Below are positions 16,375 through 24,272 of a DNA stretch of 64,000 nucleotides, piece by piece. The stretch is from a virus. The notes beneath the pieces were generated by a model. The model was not told where the DNA came from, searched no databases, and saw only the letters and a list, made by a program, of their open reading frames with translations. The stretch covers positions 1-64,000 of the IMG/VR virus record IMGVR_UViG_3300027586_000003; one strand, written 5' to 3'. Position 1 is the stretch's first letter, and the number at the start of each line of letters is the position of its first letter. Position numbers and translations under genes: made by a program.

Positions 16375-16568
16375 CGCAACACAAACCGCAATTCCGATTC
16401 GTAACACCGCTCGCACACGCGCCAGCCCAGCGCGATTAACTGTTTCGTTTCGGGCGGATTTTCGCCTTGATACGTCTCGTCCGTGATGCACGCACAATCG
16501 TATCGCCAGCGATGGAAGCCGCACTTGCAGGCTACGAGGCCCGCCAGTTCAAAGATGCGCTCTTTCAC
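16371..16568 (-). CDS. small Cys/His zinc-ribbon-like protein
   Basis: CKCGFHRW...VCERC, GTGA overlap. Confidence 0.55.
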   Translation of the reverse strand: MKERIFELAGLVACKCGFHRWRYDCACITDETYQGENPPETKQLIALGWRVCERCYESELRFVLR

Positions 16569-16852
16569 GCTGCCGCCCCTTCGCACTGTGCGTCCACCAA
16601 GTCCGACAGGTGAATCTGCTCCTCGCCTACCGTAAGGGCAAGTCGGTCGAAAGCCTGCCGCAGCATCAGCACTTCCGCCAGCGTGGACGTGTAGGCGTAG
16701 GCACCCGGCTTCAGCACGTCGTTGCCATTCATGCCTCCGTTGACAGCGATGGACACTGCCGCCAGTTGCATCTGCGCACGCTCGGCTTCTGACCGCCAAA
16801 AAGCGGCGTCAGCTTGGCCCACCTCAACTGCTGGTTTCGTGTATGTGTTCAT
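16565..16852 (-). CDS. hypothetical protein
   Basis: ATG at 16852 downstream of a promoter. Confidence 0.65.
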   Translation of the reverse strand: MNTYTKPAVEVGQADAAFWRSEAERAQMQLAAVSIAVNGGMNGNDVLKPGAYAYTSTLAEVLMLRQAFDRLALTVGEEQIHLSDLVDAQCEGAAA

Positions 16853-16880
16853 AGACGTATCGGGTTGCCGTATCGCTTGC

Positions 16881-16915
16881 ACTATTGCGCTTCCAATCAA
16901 AGATTGTCAAGTGTT
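16881..16915 (-). promoter_or_regulatory. promoter (ACACTTGAC family)
   Basis: ACAC-TTGACA-18-AATAGT; CAATC-TTT-GATTG. Confidence 0.55.
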
Positions 16916-16921
16916 TCTTGG

Positions 16922-17203
16922 TTATTTTGTTGCAACTGGTTGTAGCTGTTCGGGTTGCCTATGTTTGGACTTTTCGGATAATTGTTTGGTTTTTGTAGCC
17001 GCAAGGTCTTCTTGCATGGCTGTAATGAGCAGGTTGTTGAAGCGTAGGACGTAAGACTTGCCGGTGACACGCTCGACAACGGCCCGATTTCCGAATTGCA
17101 AGATGAAGCCTTCGGTGAAGCCGAAGCTGTGGCCTACGGATGCGTTGCCAGTTGACTGCTTCACGGTTACGGTGTCGCCCACAGTGCAGACTTGAGCGGT
17201 CAC
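16922..17203 (-). CDS. small beta-rich (SH3/KOW-like) hypothetical protein
   Basis: VGDTVTV pattern, GTGA overlap. Confidence 0.55.
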   Translation of the reverse strand: MTAQVCTVGDTVTVKQSTGNASVGHSFGFTEGFILQFGNRAVVERVTGKSYVLRFNNLLITAMQEDLAATKTKQLSEKSKHRQPEQLQPVATK

Positions 17204-17679
17204 GTTGCGGCAATCGGTTCGGGCGGTAGTCCGGCTGCGGCACGGCGACCGGCTTGCGAGGCGAGTCCAGCGTTACGTGCGATTTCACGGCGGCGGTCTG
17301 GCGACAGGGCGGCGGCACGGGCTGGGCCACCACGGAGGCCACCCTTCCTGCCCATCAGCGAGGCGGCACGGGAGATTGCAGAGCGAGCGTCGTCGGTTTC
17401 CCGCTGCGCCTGTTCGGGGGCTGCTGCGTGCGTGAAGGTTTGCGACGGGGCTTCGACGCACAGCATGGCCCGGATGAAGGCGCACCGATTCATCAGCCGG
17501 TCAACCTCCTCGTCGCTGTCCGCTCCCGGCACAATTTCATAAATCCGTGCGGTATGGAGGTGCATCTCCTCCCGCAACCCGGCTTGCCATTGTTCGTGCG
17601 GCTCGGCGTTCTCAGCAGAGAAGACTTCATGCAACGGGCGTCCACGTTCTCTCAGGTCTTCAAGATGGTCATTCGGCAT
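17200..17679 (-). CDS. protein with C-terminal KGG-type motif
   Basis: AASLMGRKGG..GG.ARAAALS..RRREIAR. Confidence 0.7.
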   Translation of the reverse strand: MPNDHLEDLRERGRPLHEVFSAENAEPHEQWQAGLREEMHLHTARIYEIVPGADSDEEVDRLMNRCAFIRAMLCVEAPSQTFTHAAAPEQAQRETDDARSAISRAASLMGRKGGLRGGPARAAALSPDRRREIARNAGLASQAGRRAAAGLPPEPIAAT

Positions 17680-17810
17680 TGTCGTCTTGTCCGTTCAAGA
17701 CTCTGACTTGAGCGGACAGGTTACGCAACGCAAATCTTCGCCATAGACTATCTACCGTAGCGATTCTACCCGTTTATAGTGCTCTCTAGTTGAAAACCGC
17801 TATACACCCT

Positions 17811-17840
17811 TATAAATGGTTATAAATGGTTAGAGATGGT
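17811..17840. repeat. 3 x 10-nt tandem repeat
   Basis: TATAAATGGT TATAAATGGT TAGAGATGGT. Confidence 0.7.
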
Positions 17841-18049
17841 CATTTGTGAGCCGCTGCAAACCGTGCGTTGTGCTCTTTGGCGATGGCTCTTATCGCATCT
17901 GCTATCTCGCGCAAAAACTTGTCGCGGGCCGCGCCGTTGCGCTTGAATTCGACCGGAAATGCAAACTGGACGGGAAACACTTCGGCCATTCGGTCGGTTT
18001 CTCCGCGAGAGGGGTCGGAGTGGCTAGTTAGTTGAACGGTTATGTGCAT
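17840..18049 (-). CDS. hypothetical protein
   Basis: 69-aa ORF. Confidence 0.55.
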   Translation of the reverse strand: MHITVQLTSHSDPSRGETDRMAEVFPVQFAFPVEFKRNGAARDKFLREIADAIRAIAKEHNARFAAAHK

Positions 18050-18093
18050 AGGGACGGCAAAGCTTGGCGTTGACTGTGGTAGATTTTTTGAAA

Positions 18094-18345
18094 CTACTTT
18101 CCGCTCTTCTTTTCGATAGGGCGGAAATGGGAGACGAGGGCGGTGGTGCGGTTGAGCTTGACCAAAAATCGCTTCCTCTCGACCACTCCGCCGCGCACCC
18201 CGATGGCTAGTGCACGCCTCGACGCAAAAGTGCTAGTTTTCCATAGCGAGGCCCACTGTTTAGCGGACAACCAGCCGGGCGGGATCACGTCAGGTTTGCG
18301 GCACGCAACGTCTCGTATGCGTTTCAAAAGTTCGTTCGCGGTCAC
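18094..18345 (-). CDS. small basic HTH-like protein
   Basis: PPGWLSAKQWASLW pattern; GTGA overlap with the phosphoesterase. Confidence 0.6.
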   Translation of the reverse strand: MTANELLKRIRDVACRKPDVIPPGWLSAKQWASLWKTSTFASRRALAIGVRGGVVERKRFLVKLNRTTALVSHFRPIEKKSGK

Positions 18346-19082
18346 GATGGAAGTCTCCACACTGCCGCGTTGCTGGGCTGCTCGTGCAGCCACAGCACGC
18401 TAGTCTCGCCGCTGTATTCCCCCCAGACAAAACCTTGCGACCACGACAGCGTAGATTTGCGGGTCTTGGCGAACTCCATCGCTTTTTTGCGAGTCAAAGT
18501 GCCAACGCAATACCCTGTAGGGTTGTCGGAACGCCTGCCTTTAGCTACACCGGCTCTGTGGGTGTGTGCGTGAACGGTGTTGCCGAAGGCTTCCGCGTGG
18601 TCTCTAATAGCGTTTTCGGAGTAAAAAACACCATGCATATATCGGAACCCTCCAATCATTTTTCCCTGATAGATACCGTCGTATGGAACAAATTCCGCCT
18701 TTAACTTTTTGCAAGTGTCCACGATTTCACCCAACACTGCCGACGCGCAATGCGAAATGATGGCGTTCGGGCTTTTGGCAAGGCGATAAAGTCGGTCTTC
18801 ATGGTTTCCAGCCAATACCAGCGTGGGCCGAAGCTGTTCCAAAAAATCTAAACCGCCTTCCACGTCAGGCTGGATTGGCTCGGCCTCGTCTGCGCTACCT
18901 TTTGCTCCAGCGCGGAACGCGGTCGTGTCGCAAAAATCCCCTAAATGGACGCAGGTATCAGGCTTGTAGCTGGCTCGGAACGAAAGCACGGCCTTTAGAG
19001 CCAGCGGGTCTGCGTGTAACCCGTGGCTGCAACCGATAGCGAGGATGCGTTTCCATTTACGGGTAATATTCATAACTCGCAT
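18342..19082 (-). CDS. calcineurin-like metallophosphoesterase
   Basis: CSHG (variant DxH), LGDFCD, GNHE, MHG, AHTH. Confidence 0.88.
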   Translation of the reverse strand: MRVMNITRKWKRILAIGCSHGLHADPLALKAVLSFRASYKPDTCVHLGDFCDTTAFRAGAKGSADEAEPIQPDVEGGLDFLEQLRPTLVLAGNHEDRLYRLAKSPNAIISHCASAVLGEIVDTCKKLKAEFVPYDGIYQGKMIGGFRYMHGVFYSENAIRDHAEAFGNTVHAHTHRAGVAKGRRSDNPTGYCVGTLTRKKAMEFAKTRKSTLSWSQGFVWGEYSGETSVLWLHEQPSNAAVWRLPS

Positions 19083-19315
19083 TTCCTATAACCTTGTTTC
19101 CAGACAATGCGAGAAACAAAAGTAGCGGCAACGGAAATGGCTTCTTCATTAAGGTCTGGCAGCGCAAGGTGCATTCCTTCGTGAATCAACGTATCGAGGT
19201 ATTCGGTTGCGCTTTGCCTTGGGTCAATCGCAATTTCGTTCTCCCCGAAATATGCCTCACCGACACACCGCTCACGGCCCAACTTTTTTACGATAACTTT
19301 GGTGGTGCGCGGCAT
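19070..19315 (-). CDS. minimal HExxH zincin-like protein
   Basis: IAIDPRQ...LDTLIHEGMH...E. Confidence 0.7.
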   Translation of the reverse strand: MPRTTKVIVKKLGRERCVGEAYFGENEIAIDPRQSATEYLDTLIHEGMHLALPDLNEEAISVAATFVSRIVWKQGYRKCEL

Positions 19316-19492
19316 ACATTAACTATAAATAAAAGTCAACGGAGGCTGCGCGGGAAATATGCACCGCACCAGCTACTTACAAAGCAAAAGAACATCGATG
19401 CTGAACTGTCGCCGGTTTTTTTATTTCGGCTGAAAAAACCGTAAAGAATTCTTTGAAAACGTCAAGCCAAAACTCGCCCATGACACCCACGG

Positions 19493-19609
19493 CTACGTTC
19501 TCACGGCGGCTGCCACGGCTTCGGGATGCGTGATGTAGGGCGTCACGCTGTCACGCCGGAACTGACCGGCGTGCGCCTTGCGAGCGATGGACTAGGCAAT
19601 CTCAATCAT
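19493..19609 (-). pseudogene. remnant of an HD-domain (p)ppGpp hydrolase (Mesh1/SAH-like)
   Basis: MIEIA*SIARKAHAGQFRRDSVTPYITHPEAVA; internal TAG, ends before the HD motif. Confidence 0.75.
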
Positions 19610-19788
19610 TGGGCGTCCCCGTAAACCTCGTTGGCCTCCGCTTCGGCGAGAAGGTTCGAGTTGGCATCTTCGGCGGCGTCCGCTGCCTGCTGCGCTTGCA
19701 TCTTGGCGGCGAACACCGCCCGCTCGCTGTCCCGTGTGGCAGCTTGGTTCGCTTCACTGTCAGGGTCATTGCGTGCGTGCTGGCTCAC
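19606..19788 (-). CDS. acidic Ala-rich small protein
   Basis: GTGA and ATGA overlaps at its ends. Confidence 0.55.
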   Translation of the reverse strand: MSQHARNDPDSEANQAATRDSERAVFAAKMQAQQAADAAEDANSNLLAEAEANEVYGDAQ

Positions 19789-19940
19789 AGCTTTACTCCT
19801 TTGGTAAGAGCGTAGGCGGCGGCGTCGGCAAACGAACTGAAGGTGCCAACCGACATGGCGGCACCGTGGCTCTGCTGGCCGTCCACCGTCTTGCCGACCC
19901 ACAGTTCGCCCGTATCTGCGTTGTAGTATCCGTATTTCAT
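19785..19940 (-). CDS. small protein (predicted leaderless)
   Basis: MKYGYYNAD..., ATG 6 nt after a -10 box. Confidence 0.6.
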   Translation of the reverse strand: MKYGYYNADTGELWVGKTVDGQQSHGAAMSVGTFSSFADAAAYALTKGVKL

Positions 19941-19946
19941 GGCGTG

Positions 19947-19980
19947 ACTATGCGGCATGAATCCGCCGCTGTCAAGTGTA
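19947..19980 (-). promoter_or_regulatory. promoter with hairpin spacer
   Basis: TACAC-TTGACA-17-CATAGT; GCGGC-8-GCCGC. Confidence 0.7.
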
Positions 19981-20850
19981 TTAAAACGGAGCGGGCCGCT
20001 CGTCACCCCTCTCGTTTGGCGAAGGCCACGGAATCCGCTGCGGTGCGTTGTCACGTCGTAGCTGGTTGTAAGCGTGCTGCGTTGACCGATACAGCCTTCC
20101 ACGCTGACGGTTGCCGATGCCGGGGCGACGCCAGCGGTAAGACATGACTCCGACTTCACTGTGCCCCAGTGGAGGAACCTGCGTCCAGCCGTAGGCCCGC
20201 AATGCACCGACCTGAAAAATGGCGTCTCTCGTCGTCACAAGTCCCGGCCTCGGCGTCACTTGCTGCGGCCCCTCGGACGGCACTGCCACGCCGCCAAGGT
20301 AGGCTTGATACGCCTCTTGGGTGTTGAAGTAGTGGACTGGTGAAATAGGCCGACCGTCTGGAGTTTGCCACTCAGATTGATACTCATGCCAGCCGTCCGC
20401 TGCTAAAATCACCACCATGTCCGCACGGCTTCGCGGCGGCACGGTCAGTATTGCGTTAGGAAGCCGCTCAAATTGACGATGCGCCTCTTGGGTGTTGCGA
20501 AAGAGCGTTGCGTCCGCGCCGTGTTCAGACGGTCGCCGCCACAGCCAAAGGTGAGCAAACACGAACTCAGCTTCGAGACTGCTCTGCGGGCGATACCTGC
20601 GCCAACCGCCGTTCAGCAAGGCTGTCATTTGCAAGAAAGCGTCCGAATTTCCTCTTTGTATTTCCAGTGCAGGCGTAAAACCGACGAATTCTGTTACGCG
20701 ACTTGCCGTTCTCCGCCGTGGCGAAGCGGGGAGCGGTGTTCCGGTAGCCGGTCGCAGCGAAGGCTTGTCTGACTCGTGGACATGACCCGGCAGCGGGTGC
20801 AGGAACTCCAATACCGACGGGATTCGGATTTCAACTTTGGGCATGGTCAA
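19981..20850 (-). CDS. protein with three internal GW..W.P..TQ.A repeats
   Basis: three copies of the motif visible in the translation. Confidence 0.7.
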   Translation of the reverse strand: MTMPKVEIRIPSVLEFLHPLPGHVHESDKPSLRPATGTPLPASPRRRTASRVTEFVGFTPALEIQRGNSDAFLQMTALLNGGWRRYRPQSSLEAEFVFAHLWLWRRPSEHGADATLFRNTQEAHRQFERLPNAILTVPPRSRADMVVILAADGWHEYQSEWQTPDGRPISPVHYFNTQEAYQAYLGGVAVPSEGPQQVTPRPGLVTTRDAIFQVGALRAYGWTQVPPLGHSEVGVMSYRWRRPGIGNRQRGRLYRSTQHAYNQLRRDNAPQRIPWPSPNERGDERPAPF

Positions 20851-20918
20851 CGGGTGCGTCGTTAAGCATACTTGGTTTTAAGTTTTTCTGCGGCGTCGAG
20901 TGCGGCGAACAGTTCTAT

Positions 20919-21194
20919 TTACGAACGGTGGCTAAAAACAATTGCCTCAAGCAACTTCGCACTGAACATTTTTGACCCCGGCACAAAGTTTTCCTTGTGC
21001 TTACCGTCCGCAAAATGCGGCTGCTCCCCGGTGGGGCAGTCCACGATGAACGGAACGGTAGGGAGCTTTTGAATCAGCGTTTCAGGGTCAGTTGGGTTGC
21101 CTATACGGTCTATATGGTCGGCGAGTTCCAACAGCGTCCTTGCTCCTACAACGGACACAGTGCCGTTAGGCCATTTTACGAGGTAGTGTTTCAT
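20919..21194 (-). CDS. hypothetical protein
   Basis: 91-aa ORF. Confidence 0.7.
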   Translation of the reverse strand: MKHYLVKWPNGTVSVVGARTLLELADHIDRIGNPTDPETLIQKLPTVPFIVDCPTGEQPHFADGKHKENFVPGSKMFSAKLLEAIVFSHRS

Positions 21195-21198
21195 GGTT

Positions 21199-21513
21199 TC
21201 ATGCGGCAGCGGCGAGGGCGGTTGGTTGCATGGCGTCCAGTTCAGACCGGAGCCGACAGTTAGTGAGGTCGGCCTGTTTCAAGGCTTCGTGCAGCAACGG
21301 CAGGTTTTCCAGCGAGTAGATGATTTCTACCCGTGCATTCATCAGGCTCGCCAGCGTGCCAGCGTTGGCCTCTGCCTGCCACTCAGTCGCACCGGGGGCG
21401 GCGGTGAACATCGGAACACCATCGCAGCACAGAACGCCGCCTTTGGCCGTCCAGACGCCGTAAGTGACGCCCATTGACTTGCGGGCGATGGTTTCGATTT
21501 CCTTGGCCTTCAC
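21199..21513 (-). CDS. hypothetical protein
   Basis: 104-aa ORF. Confidence 0.65.
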   Translation of the reverse strand: MKAKEIETIARKSMGVTYGVWTAKGGVLCCDGVPMFTAAPGATEWQAEANAGTLASLMNARVEIIYSLENLPLLHEALKQADLTNCRLRSELDAMQPTALAAAA

Positions 21514-21665
21514 TTATCTCCCTTCACGGTGAGGCAGAACCCCCCGGCAAGTCCGGTCAATAGGAGGATGGCCCCGCCTGCGAACTCGTAACCAATGCGG
21601 TCACAGTTCAGGGCGAGGGCGGCGATGGCGACGGCGAGGGCGGCGGTTGCGAGTAGTCGTTTCAT
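21510..21665 (-). CDS. 51-aa two-helix membrane peptide (not in the ORF track)
   Basis: MKRLLATAALAVAIAALALNCDRIGYEFAGGAILLLTGLAGGFCLTVKGDK; ACAACGACA leader; GTGA overlap. Confidence 0.65.
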   Translation of the reverse strand: MKRLLATAALAVAIAALALNCDRIGYEFAGGAILLLTGLAGGFCLTVKGDK

Positions 21666-21700
21666 ATTGTCGTTGTCGTTGTTGACCGAGAGTTTCCGAA

Positions 21701-21904
21701 TCAGGAATGGCGTGCGTCGGCGTCGGCGTCGGCGGCAGCCCGCTGAAACGCTTGAAGCTCATGCGCCTTCTCGTCTAACGTGTAGCGTGCCGTGACATAC
21801 CACGCAGAAGGACGGAGCGGGACATCATTGCTCAACAGCGTGCGAAGAACAGCAAGCTCACTGTCGTTAAGCTGTATGCCGGATTGTTTCAGGAATGCGT
21901 TCAT
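21701..21904 (-). CDS. hypothetical protein
   Basis: ATG after an ACACCAAAACACT leader and a promoter. Confidence 0.6.
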   Translation of the reverse strand: MNAFLKQSGIQLNDSELAVLRTLLSNDVPLRPSAWYVTARYTLDEKAHELQAFQRAAADADADARHS

Positions 21905-21938
21905 AGTGTTTTGGTGTTTGCGTTGTCTAACTGTTACG

Positions 21939-21970
21939 ACTCTACACCACCACAACGTCACGTCAAGGGT
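21939..21970 (-). promoter_or_regulatory. promoter (ACCCTTGAC variant)
   Basis: TTGACG-16-TAGAGT. Confidence 0.6.
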
Positions 21971-21973
21971 TTT

Positions 21974-22234
21974 TTAATCGTGATGACCGTTTGTATCCGT
22001 CTTCCATTCTGGAGGGAACATGATGGACAGGTGCTTGCGTGCGAACTTTCCACCCACGCAGTCCATGCTGGCAATCTCTTCCAAGGCCCGCAACGCAAGC
22101 GACTCACGGCTCGCCAGCGCACCCACGATAGCGTGAACCGTTTTGCAGTGCGGACAGGCAGTCATCCCAGCAGCCGCTTCACTAGCCGCCGCAGCCAATT
22201 CAATTCCGTAGGAGCGTTTTCGGTTGGCTGACAT
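21974..22234 (-). CDS. hypothetical protein with CPHC
   Basis: 86-aa ORF. Confidence 0.5.
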   Translation of the reverse strand: MSANRKRSYGIELAAAASEAAAGMTACPHCKTVHAIVGALASRESLALRALEEIASMDCVGGKFARKHLSIMFPPEWKTDTNGHHD

Positions 22235-22359
22235 GGTTTGGGCTTTTCGAGTCGGTTCAACTCCCGCTTTCGTTCACGCTTGGCGGAATCAAGCATGGCT
22301 TTCTGAAGCGCAGCGGTCTCACTAGACTGGGTTAGCAAATTTTTGAGCTTTAGCTTCAC
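22162..22359 (-). CDS. basic hypothetical protein
   Basis: 65-aa ORF partly overlapping the next gene. Confidence 0.45.
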   Translation of the reverse strand: MKLKLKNLLTQSSETAALQKAMLDSAKRERKRELNRLEKPKPCQPTENAPTELNWLRRLVKRLLG

Positions 22360-22393
22360 ATTAAAGATGCTCTCTGATTGCCATTCATCTTGT

Positions 22394-22693
22394 TTAACTC
22401 ACCGGGGAAGAATCAGCAATGACATTCTTAGCTTCGCAACTGGAGCAGAACAGCGACGATTGACCGTCAACGAATCGCACCTTCCACAACGGCTTGCGCA
22501 GGTTGAAACCAAGGCTTTCCAACTGAACTTCAACCGCCGTGAGCCTATGCTGCGTAGCCTCTTTGCACATCCTAGTCTCTGCAAGCGCAACAGCGAGTTC
22601 GGCCTCCAGCTTACCAATCGGCAGACTACACCGCTCGCAAGCCCCACCACGGCGTCGGAACGCCTGCATTTTCTGAGCGTGTGTCACAATCAA
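22394..22693 (-). CDS. hypothetical protein with two CxxC motifs
   Basis: CERC and CSSC. Confidence 0.5.
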   Translation of the reverse strand: MIVTHAQKMQAFRRRGGACERCSLPIGKLEAELAVALAETRMCKEATQHRLTAVEVQLESLGFNLRKPLWKVRFVDGQSSLFCSSCEAKNVIADSSPVS

Positions 22694-22732
22694 TCGCGGC
22701 TTCAGTGGTTTCTTTTGGCGGCAGCTTTGATG

Positions 22733-23908
22733 TTACACACCTGACTCTGCTTCTGCTTCTTTGACTTTAGCCGTCGCTCTTACCAGTTTTACGACGGCTT
22801 TCTCGCCGTCGGTCATCTTGCGAAGAAACTCGCGCCTTAATGTGGAATCTTTGCCGTCTTCATCTTTGAGCGGGATGGCATCAAGGTCAACCTTGTCCAG
22901 TAGCTTCGACTGCTTTTCAAACGCGGTTCTTTTCATGGCGTCACGCCGTTCGTGCCACAGGTAAAACCCGCCGCCGATGCACGCGACGCCAATGCACGTT
23001 CCAAAGATGATGTCGAAAAGCGGGTGGCTTATGACGGACGCCAAGCCGATGCACAATGCCCCCGCACCGGCCAGCATAAGCGACTTCAACAGCATTGTGC
23101 CGCTTGTGATAACTCCGAGCGCGATGCCAGCAACTATGCACGAGATACCAAGCCCAAGCAGTGACCGGAAAATTAACTTGTGCCGCTCGCTCTTGGCCCT
23201 TTCCTCTGCGGCGTCAGCCCTCGCTTCGGCGGCGTCCAGCAATGCTTGATTAGCTGCCCGATTGCGCTCCAATGCGGCAAGGTTGGACTTTTCGGCAGTG
23301 CTTAGTGCGGCCTGAGCGGATTCAGCCTTTAGAACGGCAATCTTGGCCTCCTGCTGGGCTGTGGCGGCGTCGGTGCGGAGCTTCGCGGCTTCCGTCTTCA
23401 TTTGCTCTGACTCGCTTCTGGCGGACTTGTAGAGAGCTTCCGCCTCGGCTGCCTTCCCCGCCTCAATCGCCGTCCTTCGCTTTGCTGCCTCAAGCTCCTC
23501 CTTTACGTCAGGCGGTGGCAGATTCCCAAGAGCAAGGCCAGTTTCACCGGCGACGATTTCCCTTGCTGGCCCAACCGGCGCGTTGGTGTTTGCGAATTGT
23601 GCGGCCCTGACTTGTGCGGCTGCGACAGCACTTCGTTTTTCGATTGCCGCAAGCTGCGCCTCCGCTGCGATTACCTTTTGCTCCACGGCTAAAAGTGCGG
23701 TCTGCGCTTCTGCCTTGGCGGTGGCGATTGCTTCTGACACTGGGGAGGCTGCTCCTGTCTTGGCTGTAGCCTTGGCTTCCGGCTTCGGCGGCGCGGTGTT
23801 ACACGCCACGCCAAGGCACATGGCGGCAACGGTAAGAAAGCCAACGCCACGGCACACTAGCTTGCGGCGAGTGGTGATGCCAAAGAGCGCGTAGAGGATG
23901 GTAAGCAT
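22733..23908 (-). CDS. membrane-anchored coiled-coil protein (spanin-like topology)
   Basis: hydrophobic N-terminus ending LGVAC, long Ala/Glu/Lys coiled coil, 3 C-terminal TM helices. Confidence 0.6.
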   Translation of the reverse strand: MLTILYALFGITTRRKLVCRGVGFLTVAAMCLGVACNTAPPKPEAKATAKTGAASPVSEAIATAKAEAQTALLAVEQKVIAAEAQLAAIEKRSAVAAAQVRAAQFANTNAPVGPAREIVAGETGLALGNLPPPDVKEELEAAKRRTAIEAGKAAEAEALYKSARSESEQMKTEAAKLRTDAATAQQEAKIAVLKAESAQAALSTAEKSNLAALERNRAANQALLDAAEARADAAEERAKSERHKLIFRSLLGLGISCIVAGIALGVITSGTMLLKSLMLAGAGALCIGLASVISHPLFDIIFGTCIGVACIGGGFYLWHERRDAMKRTAFEKQSKLLDKVDLDAIPLKDEDGKDSTLRREFLRKMTDGEKAVVKLVRATAKVKEAEAESGV

Positions 23909-23918
23909 GGCGACGTGT

Positions 23919-23951
23919 AGTTGCTGCCAAATCTTTTCGGCTGTCAAGGGT
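23919..23951 (-). promoter_or_regulatory. promoter (ACCCTTGAC variant)
   Basis: TTGACA-17-GCAACT, 10 nt before ATG 23908. Confidence 0.45.
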
Positions 23952-23966
23952 TTTAAGAAAAACGGT

Positions 23967-24272
23967 TTATTGTTTTTCACAACAGTCTGATCTGGAAATT
24001 CCTGAAACAGCCTTCGTGACCGACGCTTCGGGAGTCGCGTCCGCCGTAGCCAGCCACTTCCCTACCGGGCATGACTCGGAGGCTAATTTGGCTTTTACAT
24101 AGAAAAAACAGCCGCACTTTCCGCAGGTGTTTCCATCTCTGAATTCGCACGCCTCACAGAGCGCGACAATTTGCGAATGAAGAAGCTTCGGACGCAGCGG
24201 AAGTCCCTGCGAAGTCCAATCGTAGAAAGCCCGGTAAAACTTCGCTGCGACTTCCAAGTGCGGCTTCACCAC
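23967..24272 (-). CDS. Cys-rich small protein next to the tail tip
   Basis: CxxC...CxxCGC...K......CPxGKW. Confidence 0.75.
   Translation of the reverse strand: MVKPHLEVAAKFYRAFYDWTSQGLPLRPKLLHSQIVALCEACEFRDGNTCGKCGCFFYVKAKLASESCPVGKWLATADATPEASVTKAVSGISRSDCCEKQ

Noticed and set aside
19493-19609. Amber (TAG) recoding suggested by the in-frame TAG
   Set aside because: Read-through does not restore the HD motif, long genes are intact in the standard code, and TAG ends other genes (8078, 18094, 61233); no suppressor tRNA seen.
20866-20902. GCACTCGACG as a member of the promoter family
   Set aside because: Degenerate -35 and a 23-nt distance to the best -10 (TATGCT).
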